Positions 10,161 to 21,810 of a DNA stretch of 64,000 nt are shown here, in pieces. This stretch comes from Anthoceros angustus. Taxonomy: Eukaryota > Plantae > Anthocerotophyta. The notes under the pieces are model-generated. The model was not told where the DNA came from. It searched no databases and worked only from the letters and a program-made list of their open reading frames with translations. Both the position numbers and the translations under genes were made by a program. The DNA is taken from contig MU008162.1 of assembly GCA_010909165.1 (NCBI GenBank), positions 1,736,001-1,800,000 on the forward strand, written 5' to 3'. Position 1 is the first letter of the stretch. Each line of letters begins with the position of its first letter.

Positions 10161-12752
10161 ATGGAGAATGTGCTCCCTGCGAGTCAGGCATGGAATCCAT
10201 CTCTCAGCATGCCCATGCCCTGGGGACACTTGGGTTGCAGCTCATTGCAGTCATTTTCGGCATCGGGGGCACTTAGCGATGCCAGAGAGGTTCATGCCCA
10301 TTTCGTGAGACACGGATTTGAGACCAGCAATGTGGCCAGTGAAGTGGAATCCTTGAATTGCGCAAACCTTGCAGACGGGTTTGGAAGAGGGTCATTTCGG
10401 ACTGGAACTGCTGCTTCTTGGACAGCCAACATATCCGCCTACTGTGATGCTGGAAAATTTCGGGAGGCTCTTTCATGCTACCAGCGGATGCAAGAGGAAG
10501 GTGTGGAGCCAAATCAGCACACGTTGGTTGGCGTTCTCAAAGCATGCACAAAGCTGGAGGACCTGGCGGAGGGGACGCGGGTCCATGCTGTTGCTACGAG
10601 GCATGGATGGGAGTCGGATGTTTTTGTTGGGAGCTCTTTGATCAGCATGTACTCAAAGTGTGGGAGCATCGTGGCTGCGGAGCAGGTGTTTGAGAGACTG
10701 CTACAGCGGAATGTAGTTGCATGGACATCCATGATTGCTGCTTATGCTCAGAAGGACCAAGGATCGAAGGCCTTGCAGGTCTACCGGCAGATGATGGAGG
10801 AAGGGGTCAGTCCGAATGCGCGGACCTTTGTCAGTGCACTTCAAGCATGTGGAAGCGTTGCAGAGCAGGAGGAAGGAGCCCTTGTGGGTATGCGGAATGT
10901 TAAGGTTGAGGCTCTGCGGATGGGTAGGGAGATACATTCAAGGGCTGCGAGTATGGGCTTTGAATCTGACATCTTTGTTGGGAACAGTTTGGTTAGCATG
11001 TATTCCAGATGCGGGAGTATCGAGGATGCAGAATTGGCGTTCGACAACTTGGAGCGTCGCACTGTAGTGTCGTGGACTGCGATCATTACAGCATATGCGA
11101 AGCAGGATCAAGGAGAGAGGGCCTTGCACAGGTTTCAGCAGATGAAAGAGGAAGGGCTTAGGCCAAATACTTGGACATTTGTCAGTGCTGTGCAAGCTTG
11201 TAGCAGGCTCGCTGAGAAGGAGGAGGGCGTGGTCATGGACGGTCGAGTTGTGAAGTTGAGGTCCCTGCAAAAGGCAAGGGAGATTAACGCTGGAGCTACT
11301 GAGATGGGCCTGGCTTCGGACACCTTTGTTGGTAATGCTTTGCTTAGCTTGTATGCAACGTGCGGGAGCTTAAAACATGCAGAACAGGCGTTCAATGGAT
11401 TGTCGCATCGGGATGTGGTGTCCTGGACCGCCATGATTGCAGCGTATGCTCAGGAGGAGGAAGGTGAAAAAGCCTTGCTGGCATATCAGCGAATGAAGGC
11501 AGCAGGGGTGTGGCCAAATGCAAGGACCTTTGTGAGCACTATTCAGGCATGTGGTAGCCTTGGTGCAAGGGAGGTCAGCGCCCTTGTGGGTGGACAGAAT
11601 GTGAAAGTAGATTCCCTGAAGATGGGTAGGCAACTACATGCGGAAGCTACATCGAGGGGTTTTGAATCAGATGTGTTTGTCGGCAGCACTCTGGTTAACA
11701 TGTATGCCAAGTGTGGAAGCATCAAAGATGCTGAACACGTCTTCCTCCATTTGTCGGCTCGTAATGTGGTGTCATGGAATGCTATGATTGCAGCGTATGC
11801 CCAGCAGGAACAGGGAGAAAAAGCTTTGCAACTATATGCTCGAATGCAAGCAGAAGGTGTGCCTGCGGATGAGGCTACGTTTGTTTCTGTTCTTGAAGCC
11901 TGCAGCATCACAGGCGCTCTAGATACCTGTGCACGCACGCACCAGAGTATACTGGAGAGTAAACTGGAGCGCAGCCTTTCTGTTGCAACCAGTTTGATTC
12001 ATGCTTATGGGAAGTGTGGGAGCATGGTGGATGCGCAGCGTGTATTTGACACACTACCCTGGCCAGACGTGGTGACATGGAATGCATTGATTGTCGGGTA
12101 TGCCCGACTCGGATCTGCTGCAAGGAGTATGCAGTGCTACAAAAGCATGCTTCAAGCAGGATTGAAGCCCACTGCTGTCACTTTCCTGGCACTACTGTCC
12201 GCATGCAGTCATGCTGGCATGGTGAAGACAGGTTTGGAGCACTTTGAAAACATGACCAAACGACATGGTATCGAAGCAGAGCTGGATCACTATGTTTGTG
12301 TACTCGATCTTCTTGGTCGTGCAGGACTCTTTGGGAAGGCAAAGGAGGTGCTTACTGAAATGCCTATGGAGCCCGATCTCAACGTATGGCTGTGTCTCCT
12401 GGCTGCTTGCCGCAAGCATGTCAATGTGGAACTAGGAAGAATTGCATTTGATCGTGCTGTGAGTTTAGAGCCAAAACATGCAGCAACCTATAGGCTCATG
12501 TCCAACATCTATGCCAATGCTGGTATGCCCGAGTTGGCCAACCATGTCGATGAACTGAGACGGAGAGCCGTTGGATGGAGGAAACCCAGCCAGAGCTGGA
12601 TTGAGCATGAGCAGAAGGTGCATACATTCCTGGTTGCAGACTGCAGGCATCCTGAAAAGTCTGTGCTGTTAGCATTGTTGAACCGTCTTACTGCACAGCT
12701 GCAAGAGATAGGGTATATGACAAACACTGGTAGGCTTGGCATCCTGGTGTAA
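10161..12752 (+). CDS. PLS-class PPR protein with E domains and PG-box-like segment, no deaminase domain (E+ type); organellar RNA editing factor
   Basis: Repeated P-L-S triplets (LISMYSKCG, VVSWTAMIAAYAQ, PNARTFVSALQAC), then HYVCVLDLLGRAG, WLCLLAACRKH and KPSQSWIEHEQKVHTFLVADCRHP. Stops before any HxE/CxxC motif. Confidence 0.93.
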   Translation: MENVLPASQAWNPSLSMPMPWGHLGCSSLQSFSASGALSDAREVHAHFVRHGFETSNVASEVESLNCANLADGFGRGSFRTGTAASWTANISAYCDAGKFREALSCYQRMQEEGVEPNQHTLVGVLKACTKLEDLAEGTRVHAVATRHGWESDVFVGSSLISMYSKCGSIVAAEQVFERLLQRNVVAWTSMIAAYAQKDQGSKALQVYRQMMEEGVSPNARTFVSALQACGSVAEQEEGALVGMRNVKVEALRMGREIHSRAASMGFESDIFVGNSLVSMYSRCGSIEDAELAFDNLERRTVVSWTAIITAYAKQDQGERALHRFQQMKEEGLRPNTWTFVSAVQACSRLAEKEEGVVMDGRVVKLRSLQKAREINAGATEMGLASDTFVGNALLSLYATCGSLKHAEQAFNGLSHRDVVSWTAMIAAYAQEEEGEKALLAYQRMKAAGVWPNARTFVSTIQACGSLGAREVSALVGGQNVKVDSLKMGRQLHAEATSRGFESDVFVGSTLVNMYAKCGSIKDAEHVFLHLSARNVVSWNAMIAAYAQQEQGEKALQLYARMQAEGVPADEATFVSVLEACSITGALDTCARTHQSILESKLERSLSVATSLIHAYGKCGSMVDAQRVFDTLPWPDVVTWNALIVGYARLGSAARSMQCYKSMLQAGLKPTAVTFLALLSACSHAGMVKTGLEHFENMTKRHGIEAELDHYVCVLDLLGRAGLFGKAKEVLTEMPMEPDLNVWLCLLAACRKHVNVELGRIAFDRAVSLEPKHAATYRLMSNIYANAGMPELANHVDELRRRAVGWRKPSQSWIEHEQKVHTFLVADCRHPEKSVLLALLNRLTAQLQEIGYMTNTGRLGILV

Positions 12753-14717
12753 GACAGTCACTGTTCTTCAAGGTTGCGGTGATGGAGAGAACAGTGGGAT
12801 GAAGGATGTCAAGCCCCAGGATACAATACGTTGAGCTTTCCCATGAATGAGGATGAGGCTGGAGTGCGTTCTCATTGCCTTGCACCCAGATTAAAGACAT
12901 TGAAGCTCAGGCAAGCTGGCGGGGAGGTGAAGAGATGGCAGTGCATAGAATGCCCCTGTAACACGGAAGACCTCTTCTTTCGCAAGTGCCTGAAGTACGC
13001 TTTGTTCCATGGAGTTAAGGCCTCGGCTGGGGTCCTTTCCTGACTTCATGGACGCTCGCCCTTCCCTGACTTCATGGACGGGTATCCTTTTCATTCTGTG
13101 CTTTCTCTTCTCATCCAGGTCTTTTGGGTATACAATACTGACAGTCTGATTTGTCCTTGGGCAGAGAAGGGGGGCACTGCCCAGTGTCAACCCCAAGTCA
13201 AATGTTGAGGATCTTTTTTTCATCTATGTTCACGACTTCCAGTGGGTTCTTAGGATGTTCTGCAGGACTGCTTCTGGATCATTCATCTCTCTTCCAATGA
13301 CAATAGATGAAACCGTGACGATAGATGGACAAAACATCCTCAGAATCTACATAAGATGAAGTCCTGAAAATTAAGAGGGAAAGACATTGCCGTCAGGGAA
13401 GATAATTTTGGAGCTCCATCGACCTTGCCCTGGGCAACATCTGATGTTTGCTGTATCGGAGGGCTACAGAAAGTACCAGCTCGAAGAAACATCCACTTCC
13501 AGGGAGGAGCTCAATTGCTCCTTTCCTGTAATTTTCCATGGTACAATTCAGTGCTTTATGGTCTATGAGATGGAGCCATTGATCATCTTTCTCGATGTTT
13601 GTCAAAGGGGCCATTCTGTTCTCCTCTTTCAGCTCTATCTGCTTTTTCCACCGCTCTGGGTAAATTCTTCAGGCTTGATGGGACACTCGAATGAGACTGC
13701 CTAGGAGGCAATGGTGAGCTTCAACACTGTGGTTGAGACTGGGGCTGCAATTCTGCTGAAGGAAAGCTCCCCCGCACCGAACAGGCCACAGCCCACAGCA
13801 GCTACAAACCGAGAACATCAGGGTGACACTGGGCGATCTGTCGCTGTGGACCCCTCAAATTTACATAAGTAGGACGTAAACATGTGCTTGATGAGTCTTG
13901 GTTATTTGGAGCTACAAGCAGGCCGACGTTTTTTATGAAAGCTACTGAAGTTCTGACGATGCGGTAGTGACATCGACTGACAGGGCTTTGTTATGAACGC
14001 TTCTAGAAGGCTTTAAATATTGGTAGATGTCGGAGAATGTGCCCATGCTCCACTGCACTCTGCCAGCCAGAACTTGAGAACTTGACTCTTAGGAGTTGGC
14101 CTCCAGCTCGCAGCTCCACCGTCTTCTCCTCGGGGTCTTTCTTGAGTGTGTGGCCTACCAGACCCAAGCTTTCACAGAGCGAGCAGCCTTAAGCACACTC
14201 TGTGTTCTGGTTCATCTTCATGTGACAGGTTTCAACTTGTATTCTGCTCCTTATGAATAGGTGCGGCCTGACAAAGGCATTTTCTCGGTTGTGCAAACAT
14301 CTGAGATTGCTGCCGTGCTAAGCTCGTCAGCTGCAGGCTCCGTGCGAGCACTACATATCGAGATCACAGAATGGTAGTGGAATACACGAAGTACCATCCA
14401 CTGAGCAAGGGGGGCGGGCCCCAGAAAAAATCCGCAAATCCTCCAGCCGCCCACCGCCCACAATGCAGAGTATGACCTGCTCATCCATGACGACACTCCA
14501 TGGTTCTGTTGCCGTCTGTTTGCGACTGGACAAAAGAGGCAAGTATTGTATTAGTTTTGAAAATTGCCAAAGCGGCGGCGAGAAGCAAGTTCGGGTGTCC
14601 ATTGCGCTCTCATTAGAAATTGTGGCTGCCCAATGTTGTAGCTGGAAACACAGAGCTGGAGTGGTTTGTGGGCGCATCAGCTGTGCAGCTTGCCTCGGTG
14701 TCGTATGACACAATGCA

Positions 14718-17201
14718 ATGGAAAGCGATGGTGAGGCAGAGGCACGCACTACGCTGGTAGCCAAGGCCACCGACGGCGGCTTATCGCAGCAGTTTGACAG
14801 CTATGGAAGGGGAGCTTCGGCTCAGGGTGGTAGAAGCGGAAGGTTGAGGCACAGCCCGTCACAAGACCTGCAGTACAGACACGAATCCAGGTGGGAGAAG
14901 AACAACTGGGAGAGCAACGACTGGGACAGGAACCACCACGAGCCGAAGAGGACATGGAAGGCAAGGGCTGCGAGCAATTTGGTGTTTGTGGGGCTGGTGA
15001 CCGTGGAGGACGCCACTCATCCAGAGCGTCCGCAGTCCAGGGCTGAAAAGGGCCAACCTCAGCGTGGCGGGACGGAGGGTGACTTGCTGTCCAGCAGGCA
15101 GGGTCGGCATGAGGATGTTGCTTGTGACACAGAATTGGAGGCAACGGTGGAGGAGTTTGGTAAGCAGAAGGCCCCGGCACAAAAAAAGCGTACTGAGTTG
15201 CGGCACAAAGAGAGTGCGATATGCCAGGATGCTCCCTGTGACAAGCCTCCTGCGTTAGCAGCAACAGCAGAGGAGGAGTTGGGTAACCGCTCGAGTGGCA
15301 CCACCCATCCGGCAAGCGACAGGCCATGTCAGTGTAGGAATAATTGGGGATGCGGAATTGATCCTTGTGGCGAACATCCCACGGCAGCAACAACTGTAGA
15401 GGAGGTGGGTACTACCTCCCATCCGCAAGCTAGGCAGCCGCAGTGTGGAAGGAAATCCGTATCTAGGGATGGGGACAGGCATCCCACGGCAGCAATAACA
15501 GCAGAGGGGTTGGGTAATACTTCCCATCCGCAAGCGAGGCCGGCTCAGTGTAGGAAGAATTTGGTGACTGGGGATGGGGATGTTCCTTGTACAAACCATC
15601 CCGCAGCAGCAACAGCACCAGAGGAGGGGTTTGGTAATACCTCCCATCCGCAAGCTAGGCAGTCTCATCATAGGAAGAAGGTGGTATCTGGGGATGGGGA
15701 TGTACCTTGTGACAACCAGCCCACAGCAAAGGCAGTATCTGGGGATGGGGATGTACCTTGTGACAACCAGCCCACAGCAAAGGCAGCAGAGGAGGAGTTG
15801 GATAAGACGACCATTCTGCAAGTTAGGAATCATCAGTCTGGGAACAAATTAGTATCTGAGGATGTGGATGTTCCCTGTGACAACCAACCCACAGCAACAA
15901 CAGAGGAGGAGTTGGATAAGACCACCCTTAGGCAATCCAGGAAGCATCTACCAACAGCAAAGGAGGAGTTGGATAGCGCCCATCCGAAACCTAGGAAGCA
16001 TCAGTTTAGGAAGAAGTTGATACCTGGGGATGGGGATGTGCCTTGGGACCCACACCCCAAGGCCACAACAGCAGAGGAGGACTTCGGTGACATCACCCAT
16101 CCGCTAGCTAAGGGCCCTCGGCATATGAAGAAGCTGATAGGTGGGGATGGGCATGTTCCTTTTGACACACATCCCAAGGCGACATCAGCAGCAGAATTGG
16201 GTAGCAGCTCGAGTTGGTCCACAGACAGGTCATTTCAGTCTGGGACGAATGCTGCATGTGGGGATGTTTCCACTCCCCTCGGCAAACAACTGGAGGCAGA
16301 AGCGAAGGAGTTTGTTCCGCAAGCCAATACAACAGTGGAACCAAAAGCAGATGCGGAAGCTTCTCAGCCCCTTGCAACGGATAGGACAAGGAATTGGCGC
16401 CCCTGTCGCAAGGCTTACGACGACCGCTTGACGGCAGCAATGGAGACGTATTTCAATTCTGCAAGGTATTTGCGGGAGGTGATTGACAGCTGGGACATAT
16501 CACAGATTCTGGTGGTACGTGAAGCAGTCGACATGTTGCAGTTAGACTGCGAATTGCTATCAAGCTTCCTCAATTACAGAGCGTCTAGGCTTGATAAGCT
16601 CTTAGTGAAGAGGTCCGATTACTATAGAGGGTGTCGGCATCAGGAGGTCCCGTTCTCGGGCACGGGTGGGGCCTGTGCATGGATGAGCAGGGAGAGGCAT
16701 CGTCTAGAGGAAGCAGTGGCAGGGCTGCAGGCCGAGATCGAGGCAAGCGCCAGGCTGCAGGAGGTGGAAGCTGAGAGGGACAAGGCGCTGGCTGAAGCAC
16801 AGGAAGCAAGCGCTCGAGCGAAGGAGGTGGAAGCTCAAAGGGACCAGGCTCTGGCCGAAGCGAAGGCCGGTCTGAAGGCTTGGGAAACTGAGAAGGTAAA
16901 GATGCGTTTTGAGGCCAGGACTGCTCTGAACAGCGCGCAGGCTGCCGCACAGAAGGAAAGAATTGCAGCTGCCAAAGTCAAGTCTGATCTGGAAGCTAAG
17001 CTGAAGAGGGAAGAGGAGGCTCGGCAAAGGCATGAGGAGCTCTTCTGCAAGATCTGTTTCTCAGCACCCAGGAATGTTGTTTTGCTGCCGTGTTTCCATG
17101 GCCACTACTGCTCTGGGTGCATAGAGACCCATAGGAGAGACAATCCCACCTGTCCGGTTTGCAGGACTTACATCACGGGAACAGTCCCCTACACAGCATG
17201 A
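14718..17201 (+). CDS. RING-HC (C3HC4, IAP/BOI/MGRN-like) E3 ligase with long repetitive N-terminus and coiled coil
   Basis: C-terminal CKIC...LLPCFHGHYCSGC...CPVCR preceded by an Ala/Glu-rich coiled coil. 827-aa open frame; true start uncertain. Confidence 0.82.
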   Translation: MESDGEAEARTTLVAKATDGGLSQQFDSYGRGASAQGGRSGRLRHSPSQDLQYRHESRWEKNNWESNDWDRNHHEPKRTWKARAASNLVFVGLVTVEDATHPERPQSRAEKGQPQRGGTEGDLLSSRQGRHEDVACDTELEATVEEFGKQKAPAQKKRTELRHKESAICQDAPCDKPPALAATAEEELGNRSSGTTHPASDRPCQCRNNWGCGIDPCGEHPTAATTVEEVGTTSHPQARQPQCGRKSVSRDGDRHPTAAITAEGLGNTSHPQARPAQCRKNLVTGDGDVPCTNHPAAATAPEEGFGNTSHPQARQSHHRKKVVSGDGDVPCDNQPTAKAVSGDGDVPCDNQPTAKAAEEELDKTTILQVRNHQSGNKLVSEDVDVPCDNQPTATTEEELDKTTLRQSRKHLPTAKEELDSAHPKPRKHQFRKKLIPGDGDVPWDPHPKATTAEEDFGDITHPLAKGPRHMKKLIGGDGHVPFDTHPKATSAAELGSSSSWSTDRSFQSGTNAACGDVSTPLGKQLEAEAKEFVPQANTTVEPKADAEASQPLATDRTRNWRPCRKAYDDRLTAAMETYFNSARYLREVIDSWDISQILVVREAVDMLQLDCELLSSFLNYRASRLDKLLVKRSDYYRGCRHQEVPFSGTGGACAWMSRERHRLEEAVAGLQAEIEASARLQEVEAERDKALAEAQEASARAKEVEAQRDQALAEAKAGLKAWETEKVKMRFEARTALNSAQAAAQKERIAAAKVKSDLEAKLKREEEARQRHEELFCKICFSAPRNVVLLPCFHGHYCSGCIETHRRDNPTCPVCRTYITGTVPYTA
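15110..16280 (+). repeat. Coding tandem repeat of ~41 aa (~123 bp), about 9 degenerate copies; includes an exact 51-bp duplication at 15684-15785
   Basis: Recurring GDGDVPC-x2-HP-TA-x3-EEE-G-x3-HP-x7-RK-x2-V/I pattern. Confidence 0.88.
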
Positions 17202-17378
17202 ACTTCCCTTGCACCTGCCCCATCATTGGTTGGGGGACGATCTTATAATTCAGTGACTTTAACAAATCAGAAGGATATTAAGACGATTCAATAGTGACTT
17301 CCACTTTCAGAACCAGCTCGCTACGAAATAAGGTATGTCAAGAAACAGACGAAGTGAATCAATAACAAGAGAAGCAGA

Positions 17379-18697
17379 TCACGTTGCTTCACCAGAATTA
17401 TCCAATGTAGTCTGCTTAGCAAATGCATCACCTAGAGCTTTCACTGCCTTTGCAGAGGGCTCTTTCTCGACAGCTGGAGCTGATTCTGGTGTTTCGCCCT
17501 TCGACTTCCGTGGAGGGACAGTATCTGTGTCCTTGGCCTTTGAGTTCCGATCGGCAGCTTTATCTGAGCTCTTCTTTCCGCCGGTAGCACTTCCTGTGAG
17601 AGATTTCACCTCGGCGGGAGGAGCTGGAATCAGCCGAGTGGTGAGAAAGGTCAGTCAAAGCGAGCCCAAAAGTACTATCATCCAAACTGCTCTGCTTTGT
17701 CTAAATTTTGCAGCAGCAGTACCAGTAGGCTTTTCAGCCTTGTTCTTCAGCGTCTTGCGCATATCATATGCATCCTCGCTATCAGCATAATACTTCGCCT
17801 CGATGTCATTTATCCTGAAACCCAGACCAAAAACAACTTTCAGAAACACAGGAGTCCGCCGGGGGCAAAAGCAACGTCAGGTCCAGTGAGACTAACTTGT
17901 AACCGAGAGTCTGGGTGTAGAGGTGGAAAGCTGCTCGGTTGCTCTTCCGAACATGGAGAGAGACATATTCTGCACCGAACACCTCTTGCATAGCACGCTC
18001 TACGAGAGTGGTAAGTTAAGGAAAAAATGTGTGCTGTTAACAATCAACGCTCAACCGTCGAGAATAATACACACCCAGAACAGACAACAAGACATGACCG
18101 GATGTTAACAGGATACGGGCAGCATTCATAAGCTTAGTAGCAAGGCCGAGCTTCCGATGAGTCCGTAGCACTGCCAGAGAAGTGATGTGGCCATGACATT
18201 CTGCGCTCTCTTCCTCCCTACCTCCGGACGAAAATAAATTTTCATCAAATCCGTTTGTTAGCACCTCATTTGCACCACCTGAGAGAAGCACCAACAACAA
18301 GCACCTAAAACTCACATCTTGGCAAGTACGTAGCCTACAATCTTCTTGTTGTAGTCTTCCGCAACATATAACAGTTGTGGCCACGAGAGTATGTGATAGA
18401 AGTAGTACTGCAGTGCACACCAGGTCAAAACCCTGGACATGGACACTCCGGCACCATAAACACAAACAGGACCGTGGAGTCCAGCACAAAACCTCAATCG
18501 GCTAACCTTCATCTGATAGTTTTCTGGCAGGCACATGAGGTTGCAGCTCTGCATCGCCAGCAGATCATCCACCTGCGCATCAATCCGGCATCAGAAACAC
18601 AGCCCACTCCGCACCAAAAACCTAGCTTCGGCACGGCATTAGCAGCCTCCCGCCCAGGGAAATCAAAGCCTACCGTTGCCTGCCTGATGCACACCAT
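17379..18697 (-). CDS. NAA10: N-alpha-acetyltransferase 10 (NatA catalytic subunit); multi-exon
   Basis: [88 protein letters not shown] and [17 protein letters not shown]. Confidence 0.96.
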
Positions 18698-18971
18698 GGC
18701 TCCCCGTTGTAGCCCTTCACGGGCTCACACAGGCGTAGACTTGTCTGCGTTTCCGTTCGCTAGCCCGTGCCCGTAGAAGACTCTCCCCTTTATCCAGGTT
18801 TACGTAAATTCGCTTTTTAAGGGATGCGGTGATGCTAATACATGGATATGGATCACCCGATGCGCGTATATGGATCACCCGATGCTAAGTACCCAGCACT
18901 GGCCAGGAGCATATCAAAGTGTGACACTCTTCTAAAGAGTCGCGAGGGAGATGAGTGACATACCCAGCTAT

Positions 18972-19082
18972 GTAGAAGAAGAAGAAGTAGAAGAATTTTG
19001 TTTAAGTCCACTAAGGACAGATTTCCGTCATGGACTTGGTACTTAACAACTTGTATTATGGTGTGCCTAAGCTACTTGCACC
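18972..19082 (-). mobile_element. Short dispersed repeat, copy 1; resembles a non-LTR retroposon 3' end (stem-loop plus TTC-repeat tail on the - strand)
   Basis: Shares AGTCCAC, GTCATGGA-CTTGGTACTTAA and ATGGTGTGCCTAAGCTACTT with 21811-21910. Both copies abut (GAA)n. Confidence 0.55.
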
Positions 19083-19513
19083 AAGGGCATCCACTCCCTT
19101 TAGGCATCCATCTAAGTACCAATTTAAGCTCAAGATGCTTAATCATGATATTTTTTTAAATGTGTGTCCATTTGGCCTAAGCCATTTGGACACACATATG
19201 TGAAGGATCCCATATGTGTGAAGTACTATGTTAGGTTTATTGAGTGAAGAATTTATATAGATAAAGTATTATATTAGATCTATAAACTATAAGAATTAAA
19301 GTACTATGTTAGGTCTACTAAGTGGAGGATCCCATATGTGTGAAGTACTATGTTAGGTCTACAAAGTCCATGATTGGTGTAACTAGAAAATTTTATTGAG
19401 GGGAAAAGCTAATGGGGGAGAGCCAATCCAACAAAGGACAACAAAGAGAAACCCCGAGGGTTATGGTAAAGAGGAGCAACTAAGCTTCCTACCTGAAGTC
19501 GTCTACTGCAACA

Positions 19514-20692
19514 ACAATATTATATGCAGGAAGAATAAACGGCCTGCATACTACAGAGGAAGAGGAGGATGCATAACTTGTTGACGCTGCTTTGGAAAGT
19601 GATATTGATGGGTTCTATGAGAAGTCCAACAGAAACAGGAATGAACACTGGTTAGATAGGGAAGTAGGATTTTCGTTGCACGTTCTTATGCCACATGTTG
19701 CCAACAAGATAATGTCTCCTCAAAAAGGCTATTTGCTCTTGGATGTTCCCGAAGGTCATTCAATGCAAAATATGCAGGACGTGATTTAAGGAGTATTGGT
19801 AAGTCAGGAAGAGGAGAGGAGAAAGAGGGAGACGGTCGATAGGAAGATACAACTGTTGATGAAGTACATGAAGGAGTTGACGAAGAGCAACCATGCGTTG
19901 AAAAAGGACAATATTATATGTGAAGCATAAACGGCGCATACTATACAGGAAGAGGAGGGTACATAACTTATTGTCGCTGCTTTGCAAAGTGATTTTTATG
20001 GGTTCTATGAGAAGTCCAACAAAACAGGAATTGAACACTGGTCAGATAGGGAAGTAGGATCTTTGTTGCACGTTCTTGTGCCACATGTTGCCAACAAGAT
20101 AATGTCTCCTCAAAAAGGCTATTTGCTCTTGGATGTTCCCGAAGGTCATTCAATGCGAAATATGCAGGATGTGATTTAAGGAGTATTGGTAGGTCAGGAA
20201 GAGGAGAGGAGAAAGAGGGAGACGGTCGATAGGAAGATACAACTGTTGATGAAGTACATGAAGGAGTTGACGAAGAGCAACCATGCGTTGAAAAAGGACA
20301 ATATTATATACAGGAAGCATAAACGGCCTGCATACTATACAGGAAGAGGAGGGTACATAACTTATTGTCGCTGCTTTGCAAAGTGATTTTTATGGGTTCT
20401 ATGAGAAGTCCAACAAAACAGGAATTGAACACTGGTCAGATAGGGAAGTAGGATCTTTGTTGCACGTTCTTGTGCCACATGTTGCCAACAAGATAATGTC
20501 TCCTCAAAAAGGCTATTTGCTCTTGGATGTTCCCGAAGGTCATTCAATGCGAAATATGCAGGATGTGATTTAAGGAGTATTGGTAGGTCAGGAAGAGAAG
20601 AGGAGAAAGAGGGAGACAGTCGATAGGAAGATACAACTGTTGATGAAGTACATGAAGGAGTTGACGAAGAGCAACAATGCGTTGAAAAAGGA
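19514..20692. repeat. Tandem triplication, ~390-394 bp unit, of a decayed Myb/SANT-like coding segment
   Basis: Homologous ORFs at 19592, 19982 and 20376. Reading through a shared TAA gives HWSDREVGSLLHVL...MQDVI*GVL...KRETVDRKIQLL. Confidence 0.9.
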
Positions 20693-21810
20693 CAAAAGTG
20701 AAGATACAGAGACCATCAAAAAAGCTAAGAGAATTTGTGGCAAAGATGGTGCACCGCAATAGATTCGAACCTTCACCAATGCCATCTTAGTAGACATGAT
20801 AAAAACCTATGGCATGGCGGAAAAGTTGGGCCTCGTGAGCAATGTGCAAAATCGGCAGTGGATGAAAGAAGTCGGGAGAAGGACATCCATATGGAGTGTA
20901 AAAGGACCTTTTGAGTGACCCAAGAGCTGTTGGGGAAGATAGAGCGATGCACAAATCGTGTAAGTATATCTCAGACAACCATGTCCACAAAACAACAACC
21001 AAGAAAATTGTCCGAGCTTTGCCTAAAAAGTAGTTGGAAGATTTTAGGACTGGAAAATCCTCCAGACTTTCCAGCACTGCAATCGTTGCATCATCCCAAT
21101 AACAAGGCTTGAATACCTTCCGGGGTCTGTTGTCCCACCATTGGCTCGAATTCGAGAAGAAGATTCTCCAGACCTGTTCCCTAGGTCTCACCGCCACCTT
21201 TATATAAAATACATTGATTGAAAAAATAAAAAATTTGATAAACGGAGTAAATAGATTTAAAAGTAACAAAAATAAATATGCAACATGGAGAATTATATGT
21301 GTGTGACAACACATTGCGTGAAAAAATAAAGGGCATGGTGTAAATGAGATTCCATAGAAACCTCTAAATTGATTAAAAACTTTGAAACACAAGAAATTCA
21401 AGCTTTAAACAAACCAAGGATAAGCAAATCCCTCGGTAAGATGGTGGCCACAAAGGAGAATATTCTTGGAATGTGCTGCTAAAACCTGGTTAGCTAAATC
21501 AATGCCATCGAGTGTGTGGGAGTAGGAAGCGGGGCTATTAGATAAAATCGGCAAGTAACTCAATGTAAGCCACCATGGTTGCTCGGTATCTGAAGGGCAT
21601 CTTTGCCTCAAGGTGTATACAGAGCCTGAAGATGAGGTTCGGTTTTTAGATTAAAATCAAGGAGGTATAAGATGTGAGCCAACAGAGTTTGTTGCATCAC
21701 GTCGATTTGAGAATTCCTACATAAAAAGCACACGGCTTGCACAATGGATCATCACCTCAATCTGAGCTAGTTTGTCCATCTAAGATTAACACAACCGTGA
21801 AAGAAGTGTG

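Noticed and set aside
12753-13300. Frameshifted DYW domain after the E+ PPR; also a GTATCCTTTT U12-like donor at ~13082
   Set aside because: I found no HxE/CxxC/DYW remnants and no matching U12 branch site or exon context.
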